A DNA stretch of 63,329 nt, the filler included, from Octopus bimaculoides (Eukaryota), in assembly GCF_001194135.2 (NCBI RefSeq). It is 4 parts of 3 records of this genome, joined end to end, with 100 filler letters (N's around TTAATTAATTAA, not from the genome) between each part and the next. Parts side by side here need not be neighbours in the genome. Positions count along the whole stretch, not along the records: positions 1 to 19,938 come from NC_068992.1; 3 more parts are not named here. One strand, given 5' to 3'. Below the pieces are notes generated by a model that saw only the letters and a list, made by a program, of their open reading frames with translations, was not told the DNA's origin and made no database searches. Numbering within the stretch: position 1 is the first letter of the stretch; each line of letters opens with the position of its first letter. Below, piece by piece: positions 1 through 14,554 of the stretch. A program made the translations under genes and the position numbers.

Positions 1-406
1 GACCTTAACCAGTTGAGTATGTCCGTTGGTGGCTGACGATATGTGCATCTCTGATCACGAGCAGAAGTAGTAGGGGAGCATCATAGCCATGTGTTGAGAG
101 GAGTTCTTTGGGGTTTGAATAATTCACCTTTGGAAACATGGGTGTTTTGCTCAACATCCGTAAATAAACCTTATTCAGGGACCTTTTGAGCGGGATGGGC
201 TACACGACCTGAAAAAAATCCTAACTGGGCCCCACCTGCGAGGTCATGCGCTGTTTATCTTGATATGAGATCACCATGTCGCGCACATATGGTTGTGATG
301 CATGTGCCTGGTGTACCCTTATCAGACGGGTAGTCATGATGGGTATATTGGGCCTTTTATATTTTACCCCAATGTCACTTTGATGGCATGCACTGCTCTC
401 TCACTC

Positions 407-410
<4 letters not shown>
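1..410 (+). mobile_element. 3' part of an interspersed SINE-like repeat (family D) ending in an (AAT)n tail
   Basis: A diverged second copy aligns at about 53940-54355 (e.g. gtcatgcgctgtttat...gagatcaccatgt.gcgcacatatg...gtgtacccttatca) and a fragment lies at 47709-47768 (-). It ends in ctctctcactc-(aat)n. Confidence 0.7.

Positions 411-441
<31 letters not shown>
408..441. repeat. (AAT)n microsatellite, tail of the family D repeat
   Basis: Seen directly. Confidence 0.95.
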
Positions 442-442
<1 letters not shown>

Positions 443-654
443 CATTAAAAAAAATTAATAATTCTTCTTACAGAAGGCAATAGTAAATAAAACATTGAAG
501 CATACACCTCTTGTCATAAGTTTTACAGAAGTCCATCACAGAGTCACAGGAGTTGTCTTTTAGTCGGTATCAGTATCTCTCTTTGTTTAGAAACATGTTT
601 ATATTTAACAAGTAATCTGCAGAAATTTGTGAAAGAAACATGCTGTTGTCTTTT

Positions 655-669
655 TATGTTATTATTATT

Positions 670-734
<65 letters not shown>

Positions 735-741
735 TATTACG

Positions 742-789
<48 letters not shown>

Positions 790-790
790 G
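655..790. repeat. Compound (ATT)n/(GTT)n microsatellite
   Basis: Seen directly; explains the poly-N/L/I/V ORFs at 544-855. Confidence 0.95.
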
Positions 791-2388
791 CTGTCATTGT
801 GTTTGTTATTCTCAACCACTTAAAACGGCAGACATCGAATTACTGGAAATCTTAAACTTTTCAGGATCACTTACAAAGTATTCATACAACAGTTGTTTAC
901 ACATTACCTTTCCCAAGTTAAAGAAATAATCATTAACCAAACAGCGTTTTTGCTGCTTTACATACAGTAAGAATGGGTCACGTGGGTCCAGGTAAGATGA
1001 ATTTCTTGTTTTTTTTATATACGATCGCTTGTAATAAGCTTCAGACTTTCAACCAATCACCTCACAGTCTATTCCCTAACAACTACGTCATCTATGGTTA
1101 CTTAACAACAATATTTGCTAAGTATAAAAGAAAGCATTTTGAAACTTCAGAATATTTTATTACTGCGTCATTCTGTTATTTCTTTCCTCCTTTATCTAAA
1201 ACAAACACTGGTATCTGAGAATATTATTCGAAATTGAATGCAATGAGAATATGATTCTGACAAAAAAACAGAATATTTTCCATTGGCTTTTGAAATTTTT
1301 AGTACCTTTCAGAAAATATGTTCCCCTTAAAACATTAGGTCTGAAAAGAAAATACGAAAACAGATAGTAGGGAAAATCATTTTAAAGTACCATTTTTAGA
1401 CTTCTTTAGACAAGGCATAAAGTCATAGGGATTTTGAAACGATACAATATAAGTATTTTGATTCTCATACTTTTGCTAAAATCATTAGAATAATAAATGG
1501 GTTTGGAGATCGTGTAAAGATTCCGATTCTCTGAGTAATCTTTATCTTGTTCTGTTTTGAAAAACAATAGCTACGTGCGTGGCCGACAGGTGTTGTGGCC
1601 GACATAAACCGAGTTGTGATTTACTGTATGGCTCTTACTAATAAAAGCAAAAGAAATTATTAGAGATTTTATATTTATATTTCATAGAGATACAAAATTT
1701 TAACCGAAATATATAATAATGGTATTAAGTAAAATTTGAATTTTATAAAACTTTATATAGAGTTTTTGAAAATTATAAAACTTAAGTAGCACTATAATAA
1801 ATGTTTACTCTTGTACACAACTTCAAAATGTATTAAACTTTGGGAACGGTCACTTTGCTTCAGCCTCGCCCTGATCAAACTGATAAAAGACCAACAGTAT
1901 CCCTACGGATAACGTCCAACAGAAGTGTATCTATGACTAAATTAGACAATGCATATCTTTTTCTAAGCTGGTAGTTTTTTTTTTATTTGACTTATATTTA
2001 TGATAGCTGTGAGCAGCGTAAAAGTGGACGTTTTAACTAGAAAATATAACGTGCTTTAGAAGTAAATTCACTGGAAAACATTTTTTAACAATGTTTCCTA
2101 AGATATGAATGATTCTACTCGAAGGTTTCTCGACGGGAAATATATAAGATGACACTTCTTCGGCTAGGATGCGAAACTATCCAAATTAGTGGATGATTTT
2201 GTCTCCATTCCTGAGCACTTGACAATCCGATGCAATATGAAATATAATGTTTCGCTTGCAGTCACAATAAATAGCTTAAGGCAGAAACAAACTTATAAAC
2301 ATTACTCATGATTTTAGACAAAATATATTGAGAAAATGGAGATTTAATGCTCTAATTTGTATATATTTTTATATATATATATATATAT

Positions 2389-2750
2389 NNNNNNNNNNNN
2401 NNNNNNNNNNNNNNNNNNNNNNNNNNNNNNNNNNNNNNNNNNNNNNNNNNNNNNNNNNNNNNNNNNNNNNNNNNNNNNNNNNNNNNNNNNNNNNNNNNNN
2501 NNNNNNNNNNNNNNNNNNNNNNNNNNNNNNNNNNNNNNNNNNNNNNNNNNNNNNNNNNNNNNNNNNNNNNNNNNNNNNNNNNNNNNNNNNNNNNNNNNNN
2601 NNNNNNNNNNNNNNNNNNNNNNNNNNNNNNNNNNNNNNNNNNNNNNNNNNNNNNNNNNNNNNNNNNNNNNNNNNNNNNNNNNNNNNNNNNNNNNNNNNNN
2701 NNNNNNNNNNNNNNNNNNNNNNNNNNNNNNNNNNNNNNNNNNNNNNNNNN
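2389..2750. other. Assembly gap (N run)
   Basis: N bases. Confidence 1.
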
Positions 2751-5037
2751 GTTTCATAGGAGTTGCCCCTCCAAATCAATATAAAATTATCTTCCGACAT
2801 GAACGAAATGATTTGATGAGGCAATTTTTCGCATCTTTGTAATTACTCGACTGCATTTGATGTAGAATAATTTCGTTTTACAATTTTTTTCTTCCTTTGG
2901 TCCCAAGAAAGAGCACTATCCATGACTTTCGCGGATTCTTTGGAATAGATGAGAACGATATTACAAAATGGTAATATTGCAAAATTGTGGACAGCGAGAG
3001 GATTCCAGAAAAGTGGGCCATCAGTCTGTCAAGAAAGGATCAGGTGCAACGGTTTGGGGGTGGAAAACGTGAAGTGAACACAATATTGGTGACGACAAGA
3101 GAAAAGGTCTGTCACTCTGGAGTCCCTGAATAGACATGGCATGACACCAGTGAGTTTCGAGAAACGAAAGTCCCAATAACAGTGACAGAAAAAGCAAAAA
3201 TAAGTGACTCTAGAGGAATGAATGTATCCGCGAGTTACGACTCTTTTGGATGTGGCTTAGCATATCTGTAAAATGAACCAAATGTAGAAGTGCTCCACTG
3301 GAGACTAACTTTAGTTTTGTCATATATCTAATGATCAGCAGAAATATTCAGGATTGAATTTATTCATGCGTCGGTTAACTTAAGTTGGTCCGTCGATAAG
3401 CGAACTGATCAATACATGAGTAATCATCGGTTTATAAATTGGTCTCTGTGTGTTGCTCAATTTATGTATCTATCAGTTAATAAAGGATGAAGGGATCACT
3501 TCGTAAATTGTGTAATTTGAGAATTAACCACATCAGGTATCGATCGCTTCATGCATCCATCACATCATGCATAGATCATTTCAAGAATGAGTCAGTTAGT
3601 GAGTTGATCAATGCCGGAGTGAATCACTCCGTATCATGATCCTTATATGATAAGTTGATCGCTTTGCGAGTTGAATAATTGTGACATCTCTTTCCAGACT
3701 AATTATTATAAAACAAAAGGGTGGCTTGGAGATTAGCATGTCCATTTTCATACCAATTTGGAGTAAAACATTCTATCGGTGTTGTGTTTAAATGTCTGAA
3801 CAACAGCTGCTACATCTTTCATCATAGGTCTGCCCGATCACAACGTGGCAGATAATAAACAACCTCAAAAAGAATCAACAACAATTACCACGACAACGTT
3901 CTGTTTTATAGATGTTCGTTGCTGCACATTGAATGTACCCTGCAGCTATCGAATTCCTTGTATCTTACAATGTAATATCATTATCTATTTTGTCTGATTT
4001 GTGTGATTTCATATTTCTCTGAATATTGTATCAAATGAATCCTGTTATTTACTACTATATTTTAAATACTAATTCTTAACTCTTGCTTGTTCCCGGCATT
4101 GAACTGAAAATATGACGGAATACCACCTTGTACACCTAGTCGAACAAATCAATCCCAGCAATTCAACTCTGGTAATTATTCTATCAGTCACTTATGCCAA
4201 AACGGTAAGTTGTGAGGACGTAAACAGATCAAGACCAATTCTCAAGTGGAAGGGGGAACAAACTGAAACGTACAAATGAACACACACACTGACATGTAAA
4301 TACCATGTCATACATACATGTAAATAAATGCATATACATATACATACATGAAATACACACACATGTGCGCGCACACACACACACACACATGAAGGTTGTC
4401 CACTCGTGACCGATGAGGACCATCACTGATCATTGAAAACATTCTGCACTCAGAAAAGTGTATACTTTACACTTGTGGCTCCACAGGTGACAATAAGTCC
4501 AAAGTTAAAAGAATAATCAGCAATGCCCATGCAAAACGTTAACGTGGCTGTGCAACAATTTAGGCTCAATAAGGTTTGCACGACATAGACAAGGCGAGGA
4601 AAGATATCAAGTACCAATATAGGCCACTGGCTCAGGAATGTGGGAGTACCATAACTTCAAGTGCAAGCGAAAGATTCCCCTAGAGGTACAGTGCTATTCT
4701 CATAGCATACCTGGTTTTCTATCAGAGTAAATCTTCTCTTGGAGACATGCGTTAATAAAAGCTGAGGGGTTGTCCTGGTCTTCCAGTACGCTGGATATGA
4801 ACCCGAAATTTCCGAGGTCCCGTGCTATAGCTAGATACCCATTGAACCTACAGCAAGTTCATCCGTCTTTTTCACAGGTCTTGTTTTTAGTCCTGCCGGA
4901 ATTCTAGCAACCCTCCTGACCAGAATAACCTAGTGGGGGTCTCGGTTTAGTCACCTACTAGCCGATCATGTAACAGGTTGTACTAGATTCCATGCTACAA
5001 GCAGCACTCATGAGAGACCTCACAAGCAACCTGACAT

Positions 5038-5069
<32 letters not shown>

Positions 5070-5398
5070 TGCATGTATATACATTCATATATATATAATG
5101 TATCGCGTAGTGGGACTGAACTAGACTGTGTTTTTACTTAAATATTTAAATCTTCCGTCCCTACTTCAGCATACAGAGAAATACGTTTCGGTTTTAACCA
5201 TGCTATCATTTGTTCAAGAGTAACAGACATAGCGTTACTTCTTCTGAAGTGTCTTACTCTTCTAAGAAGACATGATGTGATTTGAGGAATATTTGGCTGT
5301 TATTCAGCAAGTACAGACGCAGTAAAGAAGACTTCTCATTAGGCATTCAAATGCACTCACACATACACACACATAGACAAACACACGGACGCTCACAG

Positions 5399-5400
<2 letters not shown>

Positions 5401-5448
<48 letters not shown>

Positions 5449-5449
5449 A

Positions 5450-5536
<87 letters not shown>
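5401..5536. repeat. (CA)n microsatellite
   Basis: Seen directly. Confidence 0.95.
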
Positions 5537-5538
<2 letters not shown>

Positions 5539-8500
5539 ACATGCAAATTGCGGAACACACGTAGACACGCACACGCATGCACTAACAAATTTTCTAAATG
5601 ATTTTATATCCTACATTTTATTTCGTTCATACTAATGATACCTTACATGTATGAACATAATTATATAAATAACACCGCATCCTTATGCATGTAAGTACAT
5701 GTATATATGCGTTTATGTATTTATATGTAAACACACTAACGCATATACATAGATCACAACACATGTGTACCCACATATAAGTATTCGATCAACTTATTCA
5801 TGAATATTTTTTATGGTATCTAGTGTTATATATTTTGTTATTGCTCTTAGCATTATATCTTGTCATATAGTGAAATTAATTTAACTTTGTACCTTGAAAT
5901 ATCTTAATATCGAAGCCATATTACACATATGTTATATACTGTAACGGATTGCATAATATTATCTAACTAGCTGTTAGTTAATATAATGTAACCTTATATA
6001 ATATGTGTTAATTTGTATTTTTGATGTTGCTTTTAAGCTCAGTGCATGATATGATCATGCACTGTAGTCGAGGCAATTGCATCATTTTTTTCCGACGTAG
6101 TTTATTTCGATAAACATTTATAGATTTAATGTATTATTCTTTATTGGCAAAAAGATGGTATTTGAGAGGACTTTGACCACTAGATCTTGCAGGTTAATAA
6201 TCCTCTATTGTGGTTGCTGTTTAATTTCAGAACAGCTCTGATTAAGAAAACCTATGGTCACGGCGATTTGACCTTTAATTGTTCATAGATTTTCATGTCT
6301 AATGTATCCTATGAGTCCTAGGTTTTCGAAGATATTAATCTATGATTAGAAGAGAATTTGCTGCTGTTTCTTGGAGGTCGAACAACTACGTAGAGGATTC
6401 TTGTGGTGGTGGTGGTGGTGGGGTGATAAGGATCGTTATGTAATAAAAGCAGCTGTTGCTGTTATTGTTGTAGAAGCTTAGTTTGGGTTAGCTCTGATCG
6501 AGCAGAGCTATATTGAAAGGTATATTGGACGCCTAACTTAATGTTCTTTTATGGTATTATGACGGTATTTCGCTACAGCGGCTCAGCCATTTGTTGCATT
6601 GTATTGCATCGTATAGCACACTTATGTAACTGTTTACTTATTTGTTATTATATTAATGTTTTTGTACTGTTTCACTCTCATGTATTAGGTATTACATATT
6701 CTATTCTCCTTTATTATAATATACGTTATCGCATTTGGAATGGTGACGTGTGTAAGTTGTACGTCTATAGAAATCTTATGACGCGATAAAATTATTGCTT
6801 CCATAATGATCTATTTCTCAATAAATCGTCTAATTCTATGGGGAATATGATAAAGTATGGAAGTATTATCTGTTAATGTTTTCCTGTCTAGATTTGTTAT
6901 ATGATGTAGTGTGTTGCAATTGCTCCTTGTTCAAATTGATCAGTGAATCTGTGAGAGAGTGTTGCGCGTTGACTACCAATAATATTGCTGGAATTGTGAA
7001 GCTGACAACTTTCATTTTTACAGGAAAAGGTATATATTAAAATGATCATTTTTAAGTTTGACTTCCCATTTACATGTTCTTGATCTTAATGCTTTATAAT
7101 ACCATATTTTACTACTGACAATATGTTCATATATGTATGTATGTATGTAAGTATGTATGTATGTATGCATGAATGCATGCATGCATGTATGTATATATGT
7201 ATGTATGCATGTATGTAGGCATGCATGTATGTATACACACGCGCACACACATATACACACGCACACACACATATCTATTTTAATGATAATATTTGTAAAA
7301 TTCCGGAGAAACTTTTTGTAACAACCAATATATATAATGTTAATTTCATATCATTAGAAATATAAGGGCAGACAATATGAAAACATCTTCCCACTTAAAC
7401 GAATCACTAATGATCTCCCGCAAAATATCAGATATTATCAGTGCTCTCTTCAGACAAATGATATGAAGATAATTCAGGGGAAAAATACCCGGACAGATTT
7501 CCCTTCGTGATCGTATTCAGATGTTATTCCCTTAAAGTGAAGGTTTTGGTAGTACTCCCAGCATTTCCTTCATCCCTAAGTGTTAGGTTGAGTATGGATA
7601 AGTAAGAAAATTACCTTGATCATTTCTGCCAAATATTGACCAATAGCATTTCTCAACAACACCGGTAACATAATGAAGTTATTGATATCTAAATTACTGC
7701 TGGGCAATCTGTTGTAAAATAATGTAAATCAACTAATTTCGAGCAGGTTATTCGACTTCCAAATAAATTTTAATAATTTGTTTGTATTGTCTAATCCGAA
7801 GAGAAATGAAGGTGTCTGCTCCAAGTAACGTGCGCAGAAGTCAATCACAGATCGGTGGCCTGGCACCTAAGTCCGAGAAGTGGTACTTAACCGGGCAACA
7901 GATTAATCATATTAGAAATTCTTGTAACCCTTTCTCATTTAACTGGACATAGTTCAGAAACCATGTATCATTGCCCTGGATATCAAATATTTTGACAGAT
8001 TATGCTGAACGACCTTTGCACCAGTCTGAAATCCAGGGGTCATAAACGAGCAAGTTGTTGGGTGTTGGTAAAACTTGATTAATTGACGCTCGTTTAAATT
8101 AATTGGTTCATTTCAATGTTATTCATCTACTACTAAAGAACCCATTTTAAGATTCACAATTCCATGGATAGTCTTGAAACCCATCTGCAATAACCCATCG
8201 GTGTCTTCAGTGTATTTACAAAACGAAAATTATAAGATAAAAAGCATTAAAGAAGTCATCTTTATTAGAGCTTTAATTGCTCAATCCTATTATCCTTTTG
8301 CTAGTTTCTGTCATTGCACTGCAGTCATGCTAAGATGCCCATTCAAACAATATTTAATTTGTCATATTAACACCTGTACTTATTTCAGCCTGGCACTTAT
8401 ATATCACCCTTTTCTATCGAGTGACTAATTTAGTTTGTTTTGAGACAACATGATGCACGAGAACGAAAAATTTCTTAATTAAACAAATATAACCTCCTAC

Positions 8501-9639
8501 AAAACTTTAATAATAAAAACATCATATACACAAGTACACATTTTTCTAAACTAAGAAAATAAATTAAATTTAAATTGGTAAAAGTGTTGTTTTGAACAGT
8601 ACAACAGTTTGTCAAAAGCTTTATCACTAGCATTTTTAACTAATAAACTGGTGCTCAAATGTATTCTTAGCTGAGAAAAATATATTCGGGAAAGAGTTAT
8701 GTGACCAATGAGAATTTTATACCTGAAAGGTAGCAAGAGGGTGCAAGGAGGAAGGTCACATGTCTCTGTATCTCGAAAAGAAAAAGGATTTTCTAATGTC
8801 GCCAAAGTGACAACTGGCCGACAGACGGCCGGAGTAGGGATTATAGAACTACATATATGGATTCTAAATCTGAGGACGAAGCAAGAAAGGTAAAAGGAAA
8901 TCGAGCATCAGTCATCTGTCCATGAGTTTGTGCCACAATACTTCGGACAAGGTGAAGGACATTGGTGATGGCATTGCATCGTCATATACTTTATAGAACT
9001 GTACAAAACAGTCATGAGCACCAAAGTGACTAAAAATGATATTTTGTGTCGGCTGATGTGTGTATGGACAGGAAACTCAAAAGACCATATAGCTATTCCA
9101 GAGCTGTTTCCTCTTGTTGACGCGGAAAGAAAAGCAAGCTAACTAGAGTTGCTGGGGAGAAAGACCAGCTATTACTTATGATGGCTGGAAAAGCAAAGAA
9201 GAAAGAAAACTGCAGTCAGCTGCAGAGTCAGGTGAGAACAAGAACAGAACTAAAGAGTTGCTGATTCCAGGGTACCGTGATATGCATCACATAATACATC
9301 TCTGAGGATGGTGAAGAAAATCGTTCCGTCCTATGTTCCAGAAGCCGACTCAAAGAAATCCCAACTCAGTCCATAATTTATATCATATTCATATGATGAC
9401 GAAACTAACAATGAACGGTAGTTGTAGACTATTAAGCGCAGTGGAGAAAGTTAAAAAGAAGGGAACGCTTTAAAAAACTGTACCCCAAAGGAAGGCTAGT
9501 AGAGCAGCGCCTGTAAGGAAAAGCCCAATTCCCGGGACTATGATCTTACAGTACTTGGTTCAGAAGACGGCAAGCCGACAAAAGATCTAAGTGATTTGCA
9601 AAACAGAACAGCCAAGTTGAACAAGACAGCGACTGCTGT

Positions 9640-10075
9640 AGCAGCAGCAGCAGCAACAACAAAAACAACAATAATAACAATAGCGCACGTGAAACGTAGG
9701 AAAATGAATTTCCTTTGCTTCTTTCTTCCCCTTTACCACCGCAGAAACAAGAGAAGAAAATACAAACACCTACAACACAAACGGAAATGCTACCATCTCC
9801 ATCGCTACCATCAGTGACAGCAGCAGCAGCAGCAGCAGTAATAGTAGTGGTAACAACATCAATAATACGAGAGACCGCAATGGCAGCAGCAGCAGCAGCG
9901 ATGAGAACAGCAACAACAACGATAGCAAACATATCAACACCACCATCAACACCAACGTCAGCAACACAACCACCACCACCACCAAGAGCAGCAGCAACAA
10001 CAACAGCAGCAACAAGGATAGCAACAGCAACAACAATAACGATACCAATATTACTAACAGCAACAAGAACAATTT
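9640..10075. repeat. Degenerate CAG/CAA/CAC trinucleotide low-complexity tract
   Basis: Runs of gcagcagca, caacaa and accacc; the ORFs here are poly-A/T/L artefacts. Confidence 0.85.
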
Positions 10076-10329
10076 CGCAGCGGTAGCAGCCAAACTGAGA
10101 CCACGATTCAACCTAGACATCACAAACAAAGATGGAAAGTTGGCCCAGGCTCGGAAACTCATCAATCACGAACAAACTTGGGCCAACCTAACTGTCCCAA
10201 GATAGGCCATCGATGATGTGGAGAGTAGAACGGTACATTTCAGATGTATTTCAGCAAAGACAAATAAAGCGGTTTCAATAGCACAAGCAGATACTGAAGT
10301 TGCGCTGAGATGTGTCAGTTATTACATCA

Positions 10330-10770
10330 AGTACAGAGCGAGGGGCAGATAATACGGCACCATTTCGGTGCTTTTTATGTAAGAAGCCTTCGCTATGATG
10401 CAATCAATGATCCATTACAAAACCAACAAGGTTATTATGTACCCCTCTCACATGGGAAAAAGGACAGCACGTGTCTGCATTCTGAGGATTCCACCAGGAC
10501 TTGATATGTGGTGGCTTCCGGGATACGTAATCAAGCAAGGTCAGATACTGTCCCGATGGAGGTGATAAAAACCGCCAGGGAGGACTTACCGGAGTTGACC
10601 TGGAGATACGTCTCCAGATCAGGCCAGAAAACGTAAAAAGAATCCCGGATCACATCCACCTCTAAAACGAGACGGTGATACACATAATGATTGAGGGCAA
10701 AAGGCCACATAGTTTCATTTGTAGAGAAACAACCCATTTGCGAGCCTTCTGACCTCAACTGATAAAAAGT
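10330..10770 (+). pseudogene. Decayed non-LTR retrotransposon ORF1 (L1/Tx1-like gag-type zinc knuckle)
   Basis: Manual translation across frameshifts and stops gives ...GVDLEIRLQIRPENVKRIPDHIHL*NETVIHIMIEGKRPHSFICRETTHLRAF*PQ, a degenerate EG(K/R)xPxCxxCxxxxHxxxxC motif. It is homologous to the intact knuckle at 24754-25014. Confidence 0.65.
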
Positions 10771-11184
10771 GCAAGGAGTCGAAGTTCTCCACTGCTGCTT
10801 ACATTGGTGCGAGGACTACAACCAACACTAGCAGCGGCAAAACTAAAAGCAATAAGAAATGAAACGCCACCAAATCATTGACCACGCTAGGGGGAAACGA
10901 GGAAAGCACTCCCACTCCCCCCAATAATACACACATGAACAAAAACATAAACATACACACAGACACACTTACAGCCATTGACACCTCATCTTGCAGTAGT
11001 GACGATGAAGGAACACCAAAAGGCCTCACTCTCACCCCCCCCCCCCAAAAAAAAAAGAAAAAATTCAAACGAAGACTCTACAAAACATAACAACATCCAC
11101 AATAAAAAATACAAACACCACTCACGCAAACAGCTCCACGATAACCAACACTAACATCAACACCAACAAAACTAACACCATCAC

Positions 11185-12500
11185 AGTACTTTACGTAATA
11201 AGCGTTCAATTCCAAGTTATGCCGATTTTTGCAATACACCTAGATTGCAGAGTATCTCCAAAGTTTCCAGATGGTTCTTCAGTAGTTGTAATATTGAATC
11301 CAAGCTCCGATGACAACAAGGAAGAACTTTATGTTTGACCCTTGTATCTTCCACGTCTTGGTGATCTCAATTCTCAGGTCTCCATATTTATCAATCCTTT
11401 CTCTTTCATGATAATATGCTGATCTCCTGGCACTACTACGTCGATTTTTAGGCACTCTTGTTTGTCCCTCCTAAAGGTTACTATATCCGGCCTCCGCTGC
11501 TCTAAAACTTTGTCTGTCTGGAAGTCAAAGTCCAAGGGGATTTTTACCTTCCCTTTTTTGTCCATCACCTTTTCCGCTGTATGTTGGGACCAAGTACCAG
11601 TTACCTCGTATCCATACCTCCGGCATAGTAGCCAGCGAAGTTTTGGAGCTATATTGTCGTGTCCGCGCTTGTACCCTTTCTGCGCAAGACTTTCACAAGC
11701 TTTAACAATCTGAGTCATGCTTTCGACCCTCTTCCCACACATTCTGCAAATGTTTTTTGCTCTTGTGTGGTGTATATCTCTTTTCATTGAGTTGGTACTC
11801 AATGCTTGATCCTGGGCAGCGATGATTAGGCATTCAGTTTGTGTTTTCTTAGGTCACCTCCATGATGCTTCTTGGTCTTTTAAGGTGGTAGTTTCACGGT
11901 GGAACCGACCATGTAGTTCCATGCGAAGTAAAGTTTCTTCTCTCTCGTTAGCTGTTCTTGATCGGAATTCATGAGCACTCTCAAGTCCATGAGCACTCTC
12001 AAGTCCTTCTGCATTAGCAGTATACTGTAGCAAGTCTTTGCTATTTACCAAATACTCTGTCATGTTTCTTCTTTCCCTGTTGATGCACGCCCGTCCATAT
12101 TTACCTCTCTTCATGTAGAACCTGTGTACGTTCGCCTTAGGGTGTAGGGCACGATATATTGTCATTGTCTTTCGGGTAGTGCAATCGAGTTTGATAATCT
12201 CCGTTCGTGTCAATTTCAGGACAGGTGCACTGCCCATGTGTGGATGGCAATCACAAGGTTCCTTGCATTGAGTTTTGACTTCAAGAGAAGCTTGAGGGAC
12301 TCCAAATATGCATTGATGACCTTGCCTTTCATTTCTCTGTGCAAGATATTGTCCAGCTCCAGTATACCAAGGTATTTGTACCCGTCATAATCCGGGTCTT
12401 CCATTCACTATCCATTTGGCAATTCTGTTCCCCTACAATCTGCTCTTTTCTCCCGTTTCAAAGTGAGCACCGCAAACTTTGAAATGCCAGATTCCATCTT
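11185..12500 (-). mobile_element. 5'-truncated R4/Dong-like RLE non-LTR retrotransposon (copy 1 of stack 1)
   Basis: The ORFs give YKYLGILE (post-RT), CRMCGKRVESMTQIVKAC (CCHC finger), RRPDIV...KIDVVVPGD...KEK (PD-D/ExK restriction-like endonuclease) and VIGA. It has multiple frameshifts. Confidence 0.9.
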
Positions 12501-12501
12501 A

Positions 12502-12520
12502 TTGTTGTTGTTGTTGTTGC

Positions 12521-12554
<34 letters not shown>

Positions 12555-12593
12555 CTTCTTCTTCTTCTTCTTCTTCTTCTTCTTCTTCTTCTT

Positions 12594-12624
<31 letters not shown>
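12502..12624. repeat. (TTG)n(TTC)n compound microsatellite; (AAG)n(AAC)n tail of the R4-like copy 2
   Basis: Directly follows the short 3' UTR of copy 2 on the minus strand. Confidence 0.9.
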
Positions 12625-12625
<1 letters not shown>

Positions 12626-14412
12626 ATCTAACGCTGCAGATGTATTACAGTGTCAGCTGTTCACTACCAGTGAAATAAGGTAACACCTCTTATTTTTCGA
12701 GCACCTTCCGGAGTATTCGAGCGGTTCCAAACAGTGCTGTTTCCTGCAAGTTCTTCACCATTATTGCAGCCCTTATTTGTTCCATGTACTTCTCGAGATT
12801 TTTGCTCACAGTTCCCAGGGCTCCGACAATTATTGATCCTACTGCTACCTTTTTCATCGACCACAACTGCTTAACTTCCCAAGCTAACCTGTCATATCTC
12901 TCGACTTTTCTTTCTTCCTCATCGCATACCTTGTTGTCAGCTGGGCATGCTATATCTATGACAGCATAGTTTGTTTTCTTTCTCGATTAAGACTATGACC
13001 GGCTTCCTATTCTCTATTTCATGGTCGCACTGAATCATAAAATCCCATAGGTTCTTTGCATTTCTATTTTAGACGATGCCTTCATGTTTGTGGTACCAAT
13101 TTTTTGCTCTGTTAAGTCCAGACTTGTTGCAAAGTGTCCAATGGACAAGGCTTGCTATATTGTCGTGGTGTCTCTTATATTCCTTCTGGGCTAGTGGCGT
13201 ACCTTGGGTGGTAATATGCCACATGGTTTCACCGTTTTGTCCACAAATTCTGCACTTATCACTTTCTGATGTGTTGTCTATTCTGTATTTTATGTAGTTT
13301 GTTCTTACTGCTTGCTTTTGGGCAACACAGATTAGAGCCTCCGTTTCCGGTTTTAAATCACTTTTAGTCATCCACAGCCATCTTTTTTCTCTGTCTGTCT
13401 TATCTTCAACATCCCTATTAAATTGACCATGCATTCTTTTCTCTACCCACCTATTTTCAGTTTCATTCGTTTTTAATTTCTTGTATAGAGCTTTATCTTT
13501 GCAACCTTTCATCCTGAACAAGCCTAACCTTCTTCTAATAATAACAGTTCTGTGGCATATTTTACACACCATTCTATGTTGCTTTCTTCTACTCTAATGT
13601 TGTGTTCGCATCCAATAAGTCCTCTTCCCCCACTTTTTCTTGGTATATACAGTCTGTCTGTGGCACTTTAAGGAGTAATCCATATCTAGTTAGCAACTTC
13701 ATTGTTTTTCTGTCTAAGCTGTTTAGTTCATCTACTGTCTACGCGATTACCCCTGCTCCATATCTAAGGAGCGAAACCACACAGGTGTTGATTGCTTCGA
13801 TCTTATTCCGTCCATTTAATTTCGACTTAAGGATCAGTCTCAGTCTGCGCAAGTACTCTACCTTAAATTTTTCTGTCATTTCTTTCTCCATCAATTTATC
13901 TATTTCCAAAATCCCTAAGTACTTATAGCCCGTCTCTTTTATCTGCTTCATAACCTCTCCCTACGGTATCGTTAGCCCGTCCATACACTTGATTTTGCCT
14001 CTCTTCAAACCTAACATACCATACTTTCTCAGTCTGAACTCCATTCTGGTATCAGCACTAAAGGTATACCGTATCAACGAGAGAACTGACTTGGGCTTCA
14101 TCTTTACCAATAAGTTTGAGGTCGTCCGTGAATAACAAATGGTTGACATTTTGTTGGCGTCTTTTGAATACATACCCAGATTTTGTTTTCCTCAGAATCA
14201 GTGTTAGTGGTATCAAGCACAGTACAAAGACCAGTGGGGACAGGCAGTCCCCTTGGAAGATGGCCCTCCTAATTTCTACTGTCCCTAAACTTCTTCTGTA
14301 TGCTGTCAGGTCCGTCCTCCAATTCGCCATACTTTTTCCAAACAATCGCTCAACATTCGATGCAATACCAAATAGGTTCATACACTCCATAATCCAAGAA
14401 TGTGGGATCATA
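12625..14412 (-). mobile_element. 5'-truncated R4/Dong-like RLE LINE (copy 2 of stack 1), RT to RLE
   Basis: RT motifs IFQGDCLSPLVF and HLLFTDDLKL, YKYLGILE, KPETEALIC.AQ, CRICGQNGETMWHI (CCHC), RHHDNIA and the C-terminal LQETALFGTARILRKVLEK* followed by a 3' UTR. Confidence 0.92.
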
Positions 14413-14554
14413 ACGTATGTATATCTCTATACATTATATCTCCCGATTTATCCTATTTTCAATTCAATTTATGAGCTCCGTACTTGTTGCTGTTGTTGTT
14501 GTTGTAGAAGTTGTTGTTGTAGTTATTGTTGTTGTTGTTGTTCTTGTTCTTCTT

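Noticed and set aside
544-855. ORFs with homopolymeric or dipeptide content (poly-N/L/I/Y/C, HT, CV, YI) here and throughout the track
   Set aside because: They are translations of microsatellites or N gaps.
8700-9600. Possible decayed gag-like zinc knuckles (e.g. GCKEEGHMSL)
   Set aside because: Too degenerate; no complete CCHC spacing could be reconstructed.
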